Shown here: positions 15,545 through 29,500 of the stretch, piece by piece
Layout of the letters: each line of letters begins with the position of its first letter
Numbering within the stretch: the stretch's first letter is position 1
Origin: Bugula neritina
Lineage: Eukaryota > Animalia > Bryozoa
Assembly: GCA_964035545.1 (NCBI GenBank)
Contig: OZ037765.1
Location: 7,264,698-7,328,697, forward strand
DNA length: 64,000 nucleotides
Reading direction: 5' to 3'
Translations under genes and position numbers: made by a program
Notes under the pieces: model-generated
Told to the model about the DNA's origin: nothing
Database searches by the model: none
What the model saw: only the letters and a program-made list of their open reading frames with translations

Positions 15545-16591
15545 GTTCTATTAATAATAGTATTAACTTTAGGATTACTTTTGCAAACATCTAACAAGTT
15601 CAACTTTAAGTTCAAGTCTACATGTAAGACTAAAAGCAAAGCTTGATGTTGCAGTTGAAATCGAAGAGTAAACTATTAAATATTTTAGCTTTCTACAATT
15701 AGATTTTGTTATCATTATTGATAATAAAATTATAGACACAGTGATAGTTATTGTAAAATTAAATGTAAAATTGAATTAACAAATGCCATTTATATTCATA
15801 ATAATAAATAATGTTATCTAAAATAATAATAATAATAATAATATAATAGTAATTTAATATAAATAATTATGCTCTATTCATGTAAAAATATTAATGTAAG
15901 ATAAGGAAGTAGAACTGTACTTGTAAGAGCAATGAAGGCATAGTATGTAGGTTCAAAAAGAAAGTCTGTTTATGCCGCATGAGCTAATAAACTTTCTACA
16001 GTGATAGCAACTATGAACATCCTCTAATTTTTTTTACTATGAGCTAAAATTATATAGATAAGGATAAATATGATGACTTATGTGCTTTAAAATTTTCAAT
16101 TATTTTTAGTTTGCTGTTTTGGTTTGATTTGCTTATCTTAAGGATGGAGACCTTTTCGAGCTATTTTTACTTTAATTGATGCTGTAGAAAAATCTTAGGT
16201 TTGCTTTTACACTGACAAAAGCTATACAGGTGGGTCAGTTAAACATTAAAGTGATCTTATGATCTATAAAAAAGATAAAAATTACCACGCATATATGGTA
16301 TGAATAACATTGAAAATAAGAAAATTAAACTAAACACTTGTTATGGTGTTGCAACCAAATAATTATGAATAATTAGTGTTACAAGATAAATAAATGTAAT
16401 ATTGAAGTGACATATATAACTGGTTGGAAGCTAACTTAATTTATTAGAGAAATAATTTTGCCAATTTTTTTTGAAAGTCTAGTCAATAAAAAGACAATAT
16501 ATCAAACTCCACAAAGTTGAATTTTAGTATTCCTTATAGAGCCGCTCTTAATTTGGACTGTTGATAGCTTATTGCTGATGTGTACCAGTTT

Positions 16592-19500
16592 ATGAGTTGG
16601 CAGAAAAATACTCCAGACAGCATGGAGGATACAAAGAAAACACAATTAGCAAAGGCAATTTCTGTATTACTTGCTATTATATTAATGGTAAGCTCATGAC
16701 TCATCACCCAATATTATGCAACAAATTTAAAAACTTTTCGGTTAACAGAGTCTTTTATTCAAAATTTTATATATGCTGTGTTGCTGTAAATATTTTTTTT
16801 ATGGCAAGATATTTTACACTGGGAGTTGTATTAAACCAACGATTTCCCAGTTATGAGATGGCTATCATACTAACTGTGCAGGCCACCTTGCCACCTTGAA
16901 AATGCTTATGAAAATTAGTAAATATTCACAACTCAGTTTAATATAAAGTCTTGTGGTGATAAGAACTACAAAAATATACATTGTTTTTTCAAATGTGCAT
17001 TCAATATTTGCATGTAGATATTAATTGTGAACAGTTCATAACTCCCAGTGTAACTCCCAGTGTGACTGGCATTGTAACTCCCAGTGTTACTGGCAGTGTA
17101 ACTTCCAGTGTGACTGGCAGTGTAACTCCCAGTGTGACTGGCAGTGTAACTTCTAGTGTGACAGGCAGTGTAACTGACAGGGCACTGCCTTCTTAGTTTA
17201 TTGTGCCAGTTGATAATTTATTTACCAATTTTTCTAACATATTACGATTACTTTGCTTCCTCAGAAAAAAGGAGCTATAGCTACAAGTTCCAAGTAGATA
17301 TGGGTGCAGGGCTTCAAATACAACTCAATATAGCAAAGTTGGCATTCAGTGGTATTAACCAAATATTAAAAACCTGTTATCCTCTGCGCTGATATCTATA
17401 ATAAAAACTAAGAAAGGATGTTATGACTTATGACCGATTATTTCTAAATGTAAGTTAGTATTTAAACATAATCACCAATTACTAGTTTTTCTCTGTTGTT
17501 TTTTTTAGACAAGTGGCTTGCTACTGGCTACTGTTGGTGTTTTAATAGAGGTGACTCGACATCAGTATGCTTTAATCTGTAAAGTTTCTATGCTGCCTAC
17601 ACTGCTAAGTGCTACTATTGCATTTTATCTCTTCATGGTCGGTATTACTGGAGTTGTCGGCTTATGCACACTAAACTTGAGAATTGTAAAAATGGTGAGC
17701 ATTAACATTAAGTGTACCTATTAATTGACAACTATTATTAACTTGAAAGAAATAAAAAACTTAAATAATATATATTAATCTATTTCAGTTTAGACTAGCT
17801 GTTGGCCTTGCTATATTAGCTGAATATTCTGTTGGAGTTATGTGCTTTATGCATTCAGAAATCGTAAGTATAAAATACAATGCATGCTTTTAATTACAAG
17901 CTCAGCTTAGCTCTAATTCTACTTTATGTGTAAAATAATTAATATAGGCTGAATACCAAACTGAGTTTTTGTTATTAAGTGATGATTATGAGCATTGTAA
18001 TATAATTATAATGTTAACAGTATATATTTATTGTAGTTAATTGAAATAAAAAGTTGGAGTTTTGATCCCTTTGTTTATTTCAATAACTGATTATTCTCAT
18101 GAATTTTGTTAAATAATGATTTTCTTAATGAAAGTTTAGTCAATTTTTCTCCCCTCAAGCCATATGAACACGTAGCTAGAGTCATGACCTTTGATGTTAC
18201 TGATTATCACTCTGAGAATACTATGATGGCTAATGAAATCGACAATTTACAAACTAAAGTAAGTAAATTCATAAAGTTATTATCATTAGATTAACTAAGT
18301 AGTTCACTCTATTCCTTATGCTGCCTGCCTGGTGCTAGTGGTGAAACACATCTTTAGCTGCTGGTTATTTTTAGTGGGTCTTGTTGCATTCATTGTGTGA
18401 TGCAATTAGTTTTTATAATAAAACATGTATTTTCACAAAAGTTTAGCCAGTGCTTTTCAAATGAAATTCATAGGCATAAGGTGTCAAAATTATATATTTT
18501 TATTGTCTATAAAAATAAAATACTTTATGGCTTTTAAGATATAAATATTATTACAGAATATGTTATTTCTATTGCTAACACAAATATTATATGGTAGCTT
18601 CAATGCTGTGGATATAGCAGCTTTCAGGATTGGAGCACATTACGTAATTATACCTGTGATGAGTCATCTATCCCAACAGTATGCACTCTCCCTGATTCTT
18701 GCTGCTCCAATGTACGGGTAGGTGATATATCAAAATTGTTGGGGGAAAATACAAACAAATTGTCACCAAATAATAAATCCATACAACATATACCAAAAGG
18801 CATTTCAAACAGTTATAGATGTATATTCTAAAGTGTGTAGGAAATACCCTGAATTTTATGTAAAATTATAATTTTAATGAGATGTGAATTAAGTGTACAT
18901 ACTTTAATAACTTTTATTGAAAATAACTGTTAATTATTTTATTTTAAGATTCTTGAGCCTTTTAAATTATAACTGACTTTCACTCTCTGGTTATATGGAA
19001 TCTGTGTACAATAAAAGTTGTCATGTAATAACTGCTCTTAATTAATTTGCTCTAAATACATTTATATAATAAATGCGGCATAAATTATATACATGTGCAT
19101 TATATATGAGTATAATAACACATGGATATAATTGATGTAATAAAGGGTAGATGTTCCAAGCTCTTCATAAACTCTGAGACGTCTCTGCTGAGGTTTTGTT
19201 CATCCACTCCACTTCGTCTCAATTCCCAGCTTCATTATGCTCAAATTATAATTTTATTGTAATATTAAAACATGCATTCTATGTTGAAGAACCATATGAA
19301 AGAAAGATGCCATTACACCTTAGAAGAAAGTACTGGGGTATGTAAGCCGCATACATGTATAGGTCAGCTGTGTAATTTTCCTTGTAGTTATATGGTTTCT
19401 CATCTTGTAGAAGTTGTTCTTGACTCTTGAGTTTTTTGCATGATTTTATAGATGGCAATTCCAAGCAATGTTTACGTTATTGGATGTAATGCTCATTTAA

Positions 19501-19894
19501 AACATTGGATTGAAAAGAAAATGGATCTGATTGGATTCACTTCCTTAATCATAGTTGTGCCTCAGGTAACTGGAGCATTATCTTGTTGGTTAATATGGAA
19601 ATAGTCGTATTTGTCAATCAACTTTTTTACTACTTTGTGTATAAACCCGAGAAGTGTTCATTATCTCGGCTAGCAGCCTTCATGTTATGCTTATACTGTG
19701 CCTGCAAGTCAGCACTGATTTATATTAAATTTTAGCTCATTAAATTGCATAGTTAGAACACATTTCGATAGCATGATTGTAAAGAACCTTGGCTTAAATA
19801 TTAAATTTTACAGTCCTTTGGCGCTGTGGCACTGCACTGGCTTATACACCAAGTCCAGTTGAAGAAGCTGATGTATACTAATGAATGGAAGTAA
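16592..19894 (+). CDS. Divergent tetraspanin (TspanC8-like cysteine spacing), about 256 aa, 7 coding exons
   Basis: Exons 16592-16687, 17509-17694, 17789-17863, 18160-18258, 18598-18717, 19452-19565, 19814-19894, all phase 0 GT-AG. Four hydrophobic segments; EC2 has IDNLQTKLQCCG...DW...YTC...VCTLPDSCC...VYVIGC. A microexon between exons 5 and 6 is possible. Confidence 0.88.
17039..17180 (+). repeat. Minisatellite, 12-bp unit with 24-bp higher-order alternation
   Basis: TAACTCCCAGTG and TGACTGGCAGTG units alternate, about 12 units, in the intron after tetraspanin coding exon 1. Confidence 0.9.
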
Positions 19895-20532
19895 ACAAGA
19901 GACAAACATATTAATTATTTGTTGTATTGCTTTACAAAAATAGTGAGCTCACCAAAACAGTAGTAGAAAAGAGGCTACAAAATGTCATGTGAATTTAGCC
20001 AGCTAGTCCATAATGTGACATTACTTAATCTGAGGGTGTGAGTGTAGACTTGATCATTATGTACATAGCACCAATATTTAATGATCTGTTAGAAAATACA
20101 GTGAGGATCAATCAATACAGTGTGTGATGATTGTTTGAAAACATCTGCTGCAAAATATTATCGATAATAAAAATGCCAAGGCGAAGTAATGAAAAATTAA
20201 TGGAGATTAATCTAGTCCCATATGATTGAAACATAATCATTGGTCGTTGGAAAAGATTAAAATAAGTAGGAAAAAATATATAAGTAAAGATATTTTTCCA
20301 CCAAATTCTCTATTCATATGGAAAATTTGTTACAATATAGTATTTACATTCTAAATTACACAATAGACAACACACTTAGGGAGTTAAAATAATCTTAATA
20401 AATTAGAATAAAAATGTAGTTAAGAATGAAACTCGAAGCTTCGTTTGCTTTCATCAAACTTTTCTCTATACCATGAAAATAACTGTAGGTTGATATTGTT
20501 AGGGCGACGGTATCAAGATAACACTGAAAATG

Positions 20533-23500
20533 TTAGTTATTGGATCCAGTTTCTGTATCCAGCATTGCATCCAACTCCGACGAGAGGTTTTCCAACATAC
20601 AGCCTATGTCATTCAGCACATCTCTCTGAATCTTCTCATTTCCCATCACATTTCTCGGCCTAAAATGAAGTGTAATTCAAAATAGAGCCAGGAGTTACAT
20701 ATATTTAAAAAATACAGCGTCAAATGAATGCACATGGCAATAGTTTTACCACTCACTGCAAACAAGTGATCACTTTTCTACCAGCTTTAAAAATTAGTGA
20801 CAATTAGCAAGCAATGGTTGGGAACTAGCTAAATCTAAATAAAATACTGCAGGGATAAGCAAGAAGCCAAAGTGAAAAGCAAAATTTTATGCCCCAAGGT
20901 GTTTGAGGCTGCAATGCAATGTGGCTAAATTTTTGGCCATAATTAGTTGTTAGTGGTAGCTCAAAATGATTGTCAAGGTGCTTGTACACCTGGTGTACTC
21001 AACTTAACTGGGTGGGATCCATTAGGGTTCGGCTATTGTATCTTCTCAATAACTGATAACAAATACCAAAAAACAAACATCAATATCAGTGCAAAGGTAT
21101 CCCAATCAGATATCCTTATTAAATTGTTAAAGAACTAGTGGTCTTCTTGCACCAAAAACAACTAAAAATTTATCTGCGCTGATGTACTCTTTCACCAATA
21201 CCTATTTGATGGAAAAGTAGGGTCACACGGTGGAAATCTAAGAATTAAATTTTCTCCCATCAATTGAGGTATTAAAAACCAACATCGAAATCCAATAAAT
21301 TAGAAAAATAAATTCTAATGTAGATTCAACGTAATAACTTACTGCTCAGAGACTAGCTTAATATGGTTCTGCTCGTTGTATACAGGCTGCACGTGCATCA
21401 CTAAAATATAAAACAAACTTTATTTCATTCATAGTTAAACTCTAAGTGATAATGGTAAATTTGCAGATAAAAGGTAAAATTATACATAAAATAATTGCAT
21501 ACCTGGTTTTGGCATTCTTTTTACAGTATCAAAGTCAAATTCACCATCCTCATTATCTTCAGATTCTAATGCATCATCAAGACTATCTTCAATACAGTCA
21601 GCACTACCTCCAGTAGTAAGTGGAGGTTGACCAAACTTTTGTTTTATAGTGCCTGCATTGTCATTGGCAAATGGTATATTTTCAATACTATTTCTTGGTG
21701 TTGCTGAGTTACTTCTATCAGTTATTCTACTATTACATTGATTTGTTGGTGTTATGTCCATTTCATTGTTGTTATTGCTATTGCAATTTCTTGCCTCTTT
21801 CTCAGCTGAACTCGCCCGTCGCCTAGCAGCAAGACTCGACTCAATAACATTCTGTAGCTTCAATCCTTCTCGAAATGGCGATGTCCTACGCTCTGCAACA
21901 TGTTCATTGGTTCTAGTACCATTTTTTGGCTGATTTGCTTTCATTGCCTGGAGATTGAATGCTATTGGAGGTGGCGGTGGTGGGAATTCAGGTGTTTCCT
22001 CATCTTCATTAACCTCACAATTAACTTGCTCATCACTATTTCTTTTCATTGACATAGTTCGCTTTGGTGGAGCTGGAGGCTTTTTTGCTTTAATGTTTAC
22101 ATCATTTGATAGAGTGGCTCCCTTGGTTACCGGTGAAGAAGGCACGGAACTTGACCGGTTTTCTCCTTTACTCAATTGATTTTTAATTTCTCCACTTTGA
22201 ATTTGGGCATACGGAGAACGAAAGTTAGCAAAAGGACTAGGCAATGATCCCAGTCCAGGAGAAGTACTTGAGCCAGTTTTAGATATGGGTGATGGCGGTA
22301 ACGCCCCAAACTGCTGCAACTCTATTGACTGTGAGCTCTGTTTTCTAGAATTGGTGCGACGTAAAGTGGCATATTGAGCAACATTATTGTCCAAAGAATT
22401 CCTGAACTGTTGGTCTATAGAGTCTTGACTGGAGTGTTTGCTCATGGTAAGACCGTGTATACCTTTCATAGGACCTTTGTTACTCGACTTTCTATGCATC
22501 GAGCCACCATAAGAAGACCCAGAATCTTCAGAGGATGGTGGTGTAGAATCCCTTTCAGCTTGACCAAATGACTGACACCTTGGTAGGCCAAAGTCTGTAC
22601 TACTGTTGACAGAATTACCACTGCTGGATCTAGACATACCAGATTTTGTCATTATAGGCACTACCTCACCTCCTGAGACATGCCTACTTCTCGATCTAAA
22701 TAACAAATAGTTGAAAATGCATTTCAAAAGCAAGTAAATTATGGCTTTAATTCAACTGATAATACATTGTTTCACAGAGATTTAAGCTAACCTGTGATTC
22801 ATGATTTCCTTGAGTGAATTATTGGCTGCCACACTGTAAGGGGAACACTCTCTGACTTGTGCGGACATATTCTCTCCTGAATGAGACCTGTAAGGGACCT
22901 GTCCATTGATGGCATATCCACTATTAGCAGCCATGTCAGCTGACCACCTTGGCATTGTGCCAGTAACTGGAGTCGAATCTCTTGAACTATGAGATTGCCT
23001 TTTGTTAAATTTCTTTAAACGGTTTACAGCCAGCAATATCTTTTTTTGGTGGCCTAATGAAGCAAAAAGAAAGAATAACATAAATAATTTGATTTTAACA
23101 ACAATTAAAATAGGAACTATAGATTTTACTGTGCCAAAACATACATCAAGGGGGTGTTCATTAACCAACTTGATGATTAGTAAAAAAACACACTAGGTTT
23201 ATTTAAGGCATACGTAACTATAACCTATAGGGAAACTATTATATTATATTGGATTTAGAAACAAAAAGGTTTTAGCTTTGTGGGACTGTAACCTATTAAT
23301 GGCATTTGTCCAGGCTTGATAATTTCCGCTCTTTGCACACAACACCAAACAAGACACTAAATAAATTACCCTAGTTGTAAGTTGTAACAAGCTTTGTTTT
23401 TACATACAAAAGCCTTTACAAATTAATGGTGACACATTGAGAAAAGAGTTAAAACCTGTGGCAATTTACTCACTGAAAGTCATAAAACTTTCAAATTTTA

Positions 23501-26500
23501 GAAACATCTGTAAAATTCTCAAGAAATTGCTCAATAGGTAAATTGAGAATCTTGACCAAAGCTAGGTTATCTTTCAGTCAAGTTCAATTACTATTTCACT
23601 ATCTGGTGAAACAGTTTACATTTTATAGCACACCAGTGATTGTAGTAGGAGTAAATGCTGGCCACAAATATGCAATTATCATTTGCAACTTAAAACTATT
23701 TATTGCTAACAAAAAGTAATGGATGCTAAAAGGCCACAAACATCTTTATACACTCAAAGAAATACAAATTGTTTCAGATAGCACATGGGGTTAATTAGTA
23801 ACTCTTCTGTAAAACAAATCAATAGCAAAAAGCTCTCAATCAGAGCAACAGATAATCCAGTTGTTTCTTACCTAGGAGATTTATACCGATATCTTCCAAG
23901 TCTTCCCATGATATCTTAATTATGCTGTCTATAGTGTCATATTGCTGGCTTTGCAAAGTTTCATAGTAGATGTCGAGACCCAGGCACTGCAGCCATTCTA
24001 GTACTGAAGACTAATCAAAATAACAAAGGCGCTGATTACCTCCATGAGCTGATTAAAACTGACAGTCTAGTAGTATAATCAGTGTAAATGAAGATCAGAA
24101 CATAAACTTAGCCTGGCTAATACAATATATTTTACAACTACCCTTGGAATAAAAATTAGCAACATGTGGCGTCTGAACATATGCAACACTTCTTTGTCAA
24201 TAATCATTTTCAAAATTCAATAAAGAAAAAACAAGTACATGTCTACAGGTTTAAATTAATAAAATTTGACACTCACTGGCATGAAATCTGGAATGCCATC
24301 TCCTATATTCAGTTTAGAAATTTCTCTTTTTAACTTTTTCCTGTGAATGGGTTTAGTAATACCGATGGCAGTCAAGTCCTAAAAGAAGCACAAAAAACAA
24401 GTTTATTGCATGCAATACATTGAGAAATCTCCAGATAATCTTCTATTGACCAACACAACTGCAATTTCTTAACAAGACTAGCCAGATATGATAAATTATA
24501 TTGCTGCTCCACATTACCTACAAGTTAGGACCTTTGATCATTGTATTGAAAGACTGCTTAGGTCTAGCAGTTAAAAAGCAGGTAACTAAGACCTGACTAT
24601 CCAGGGTATTATTTATTATTTTTTATCAAAACAAAGACTTCTGCGGTAAGAGCTAATGTGTGGTTGACTGATTGAGCTTTGATTGTTTTATCAAAGCCTA
24701 AGGCCTAGGTGTTGGCATTCAATGTGCAATAATACTATATTGACTTTTAGCTTAGCAGTTTCAAAGGCTGCTAAAAACAATTGCCAGTTGGCTGTAAATT
24801 GAAAAGAGCGCCAAAGAGGAGCTCGTTCAACAGTGATAAGGTGAATGATGATCACTTTTGTTTACCAGACTGAAGGAAACAAATTTGAAAAGACAAATGA
24901 TTTATTTACATCAGTAAAACCTGCATACCTCGGGCGTCATTCGGGATATAGTTGGCATGTCATAACCTGCTTGGAGAAAGTTTTCAAAATATATGTCAAA
25001 TCTTAAATCGCTCAGCCAAGTGTAGATTATATCAGCATCCTAAAACAAACAACTATACCTGTTAGAATTGAAATTTACATGACATGCTGGCCACTCATTG
25101 CTGGCATTGCCAAAAGAACAAAGTATCTTCTTGTGCATTGTGTAACCACACTAAGAATGAACAGTTGCAACAGCCACCTGCATGATATCACTAACCCAAA
25201 GTATACTTCCAGTTATTTAACACAATTCTCTTTAGGGTCCCATTGCAAGTAAAGTCTGAAAGTTTGAAATCTCACGAAAGTCAAACAAAGATGCCATAAT
25301 GTTGTAATGCTAAACCATTGATCCAAACTAATTCAAAAAACGATCAATACACTCACTGGGGCCCTATAAAATACACATTGCAAATTAAACACTACCTACT
25401 CTTCACTCATTGATTGAGTTTCAATCAGAACTTACAGCTATATATAACTCAGGCCCGTAATGAAGAAATGCTACTTACAGACATGCCCCTTCGGTAGAGT
25501 TCAGCAACATTTACGTTGCTGGAAAAGCCAGTTTCATCCAAGATATCCAAGCTACCAATACTGGAGCTGGAGTTGCTATGGTAACTCTGTCTAGAGTCGT
25601 AGCTTTGCCGAGAAGGGTCGCTGAGGCTGTGGCTAGACAGTCTCTGGGGGTAAGTGCCAACATTCACGCTGACATTGATAGCCATTGGCTGAGTCTGTGG
25701 ATATGGCTGCTACATAACAAAAACAGTGTCAACTATGGAGTCCACAACCCCCTTGCATACAGCTAGTAGCCATGCCAAGAAATAAAATAAGAAATGCTGC
25801 ATGTTAACAAATTGTTTGCTTCCAAAACCCAGCTGGTTAATGAACTAGTTTTTATCATCAGTGCCAATAGTCAGCTTGCTGCCACTTAGACAAGACAGTG
25901 TGTGAAGGTGATGACATGCGATGCTATCTTTTATCAGCTGCAGATTTACTAACATAGCAGCTAGTGACAGTGAAATAGGAGATATGTCATCTGTCAAAGT
26001 GAATAGAGATAGAGCATCTTAATCACCAGTACGCCTTCTCATGCATACTGTATACACACATGTGTACAATACAGGCGGTATACATGGCTAACTGCAATAC
26101 AGTACGCATACAGTTGCCATGGATACGGTTAAGATACAAATACCCTGTGCAGTGGTTCATTTGCTATATTAGCACAGTCTTTGTTCTTAAGGACATGAAA
26201 GCATCCAAATATAATTAACATGTCAGTGCTAGAAACAGCCTAATTATTATAATTATTTGCTGCCCCTTTTGAAGGGAGGCTCCTACAGACTTAACCAAAT
26301 GCACAGTTAAACATTCTATAATTACTATTTTAATGAACTATAAATGATAAACAGTGACTTCTGTTAAAAGTGTTTTCCTAGCTAATAATAGAAATAAATG
26401 CCAGGTTCCCACAGTACAGTGACTTATCACTAATGCACACTTACTCTGTGATCACCACTGTTGGAACTACTTCTGCTACACGTTGATATTCTATTCTCAG

Positions 26501-29500
26501 GGATGACTGCCATTTCAGGTGCTCTGTATGATGGACTGGGTGGAGGAAAGTGATAGCTTCCATTTGTACTGTTGCAAGAATCTATAACAAAGCACATGAT
26601 GAAGCAACACAAAAATAGATACCAAGTGATTTGGGTGTAACTTCAACCTACTAACCAACCAACAGGATTTAAATTATGTTTGACACTAGACGTTACATTG
26701 TCTCTAAACCTGGCCTATGTAACCACCTCTTATCTGGCTACAGTTTGATGTTTTGTGATAATTTTTATTTGCAATATCAAATCAATCAAATAATGGCACC
26801 ACACCAAGATGCCAACAACTTTTCCTTGTACATAATAACATGAATTTATATATAGACTGATAATAATTGATCTGTTTATACATAAGGATTCAGCTGGTGT
26901 GTCTAAAATACTTTAGAGAAACCAAAACACAGCATCCACAATAATTTATTGCAGCAAGATTCAACTTGTCATACATATGCATTACAACTGGCGCTAATGT
27001 AAACTTCCCAGCACCTTAGATTACAAAAAAATTATGACACTTCAAAAATAGAAAAGCCTTTTTATTGATAAAAATTTCAAGGGTGAAACATGAGATCTCA
27101 GACTCAATGGGTTAATAATGAGCTGCGTGACTGACAAATGTCACAAGCACTTCAGTCCCATATTGTCACAAAAAGTAACTAACACGAGGTGTAAAGGAAG
27201 CTTAAATTGTAAAACTTGCACTGATTATATTGCCTAAAATTAGCATAGCAATGAATTGGTTGCACAACCTCAATAAGCTCAGATTTATCACCCATATAAA
27301 CTCAATGTTCATAGTCTCCAGCCCCCAAAAGCCCCCCCCCCCATAGTAGGGAGCTTTTTAATAAGAAATTCTTTCTATTGCGGCAAATTATGAGCAAAGA
27401 CCCCTTTAACATCACCAACAGCCTTTTATACCTGGATTAGAGCACTAAGATTATGTTTACAAGGCCAGTGCCCTAATCCATGGCTGCTCCCTCAACCTAC
27501 AAAAAACTTCTTTCAATAATCCAGAAAAACTAGGGCTTAAAAATACATACATTTGTTATATGATTGAAAAATAATTTGCTTCAATTCAAGTACAAGAGGT
27601 GTGCATAATAAACCAATCCTTCAGCCTTGTGTTGGCATAATATGTTACTAGTGAACACAGCCTACTGTGGTACAGGCAATCTCAGTGATAGTCATAGTAA
27701 TCAATTCTAAATCAAGTGAATAATGACTACAGCTATGCTCCATATAATTCGTGTCCAAGTTGTTATTGAGTGAATCACAGCTTATTCCGAATAAAATGAA
27801 AAAGAGGTTAACCAGTGTTATTGTCAGTTGCACGTGAAAAACAGATACTTGATAGTGCTGTGGATCACATCATTGTTATAAAATACATTTGGTGTTGAAT
27901 ATTCTTGGCAGTGTAAGTCAGTACAATAAAAAAAAAACCGTTTCTATTTACATTACAGTGATTCAAGGGTCGAAAGTGTAGTATAGGATTAAATAAAGGC
28001 CTTGAGTGGAGGATATACAAGTATAACAGATTGTAGATAAACATAGAGTTAGGAAATTGATAACAGGATAAAATCTATAAACAAAGAGAATAATATTTTT
28101 GTAGAATGTGTCCTTGTTTATACACCAAATATATCACTTTGTTTGTCATGGCAGATGTACAACCAGAATGATAGGTTATCCTCCCTATAAAAATACATTG
28201 ACTAGAATAGGTGGCAAGTCTCTCTCTCCTTGAGAAAATAACAAGACCATTCTGTAGTCTGGATAGGAAGCTATTGCTAGCACACAATACTTATGCTGGT
28301 GATGTTTGGCTGAATCTGATTGATATCCAAGTTTAATGGCAATAAAAGTCGAGCTTTGCCAGCAAGTAGGCTGAAAGGGCAGGTTTTCTCCAACTTATAA
28401 CTAACTATTCGCTAGTGAATATGAAGATTGCAATTAATATTATAATTATTATAATTAACAGAAACTGGAAGTTATCATACAATAAAAATTGCTTCAAGCT
28501 CAGGTCTAACCTACCTACACACTTACAGCTAGTAATAGAATTCCGATTCTCTAAAAATCAGGTGAAAAACTTAGTGTAAAATTTCAACTAGCACACAATA
28601 TTGAGATCTTCACTGCTGTGTGTTACTTCAATTTGAAATTAAGCTTATAAATCTTATTTCCAGTTCAAGCTAGAATCTTACCCAAAATGAAGAGTGAACT
28701 TTTCTCTTCAGATGAGACTTCATGCCCAGTTAATACAAACTTCATGTTTATTCTGGTGGTTCACTATTACTTGGTGCCTTGTGTGGTGAAGGTACACAAA
28801 ATTATTTGCTCACTTATAAGCTACAGCTGATAACGTACAGCGCCATGCATTAAATAATTTTATGCCTCCTAAATCTTGGCACTGCGTCTATTTACACTCT
28901 GCGTGCCAAAAAAGGCGGAGCTTAGCTTCGTTGAACTGCGCGTAGCCAGTAGAAATACAACCTCCTATACAAACGCAATGGACTGGCACGCACACACACC
29001 AAACGATATTTAACTTTTAGTTGCCCTAAGGCTAATAAAATAATTTGACACTTTTACGACAATACTATAAGTTGTATAACATCTTAAATTTTGAAAAGAG
29101 TAATAGTTTTTCAAATAGTGTCAACTATTGTATGCCTTACAAATAGTATCAGAGTTAAATGGTGATTAAAAGGTGAAATTATTCAGTAGCTGACTGTAAC
29201 ATAAGCTCAAAATATCCTCGCCAACTTGAAGCTCAAGCTACCATCAAACAAGCTGAAAGAATTGCAATTTCAGACCACATTTTAGATTTAAACATGAGGA
29301 ATATAGGTAATAAAATGTAACAGGAGCGGGTAAGATACCTGAACATTCAGTACCTCGTGCAGGATGTAACATTGATGCTATAAGGCAGTTGCTACTGGCA
29401 TTTCCTAACAGCAACTTAAAGACATGATACATGCTTGTAAGTTTTAGAGCCAACTGACTACTACTATTGTCTACTGTGCTGTAACTAACAGTTGCTATGC

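Noticed and set aside
16597-16899. 100-aa ORF
   Set aside because: Overlaps tetraspanin exon 1 in another frame and runs into the intron.
21955-23196. Plus-strand ORFs over Caskin exons 17-18
   Set aside because: Antisense shadows of the real coding exons.
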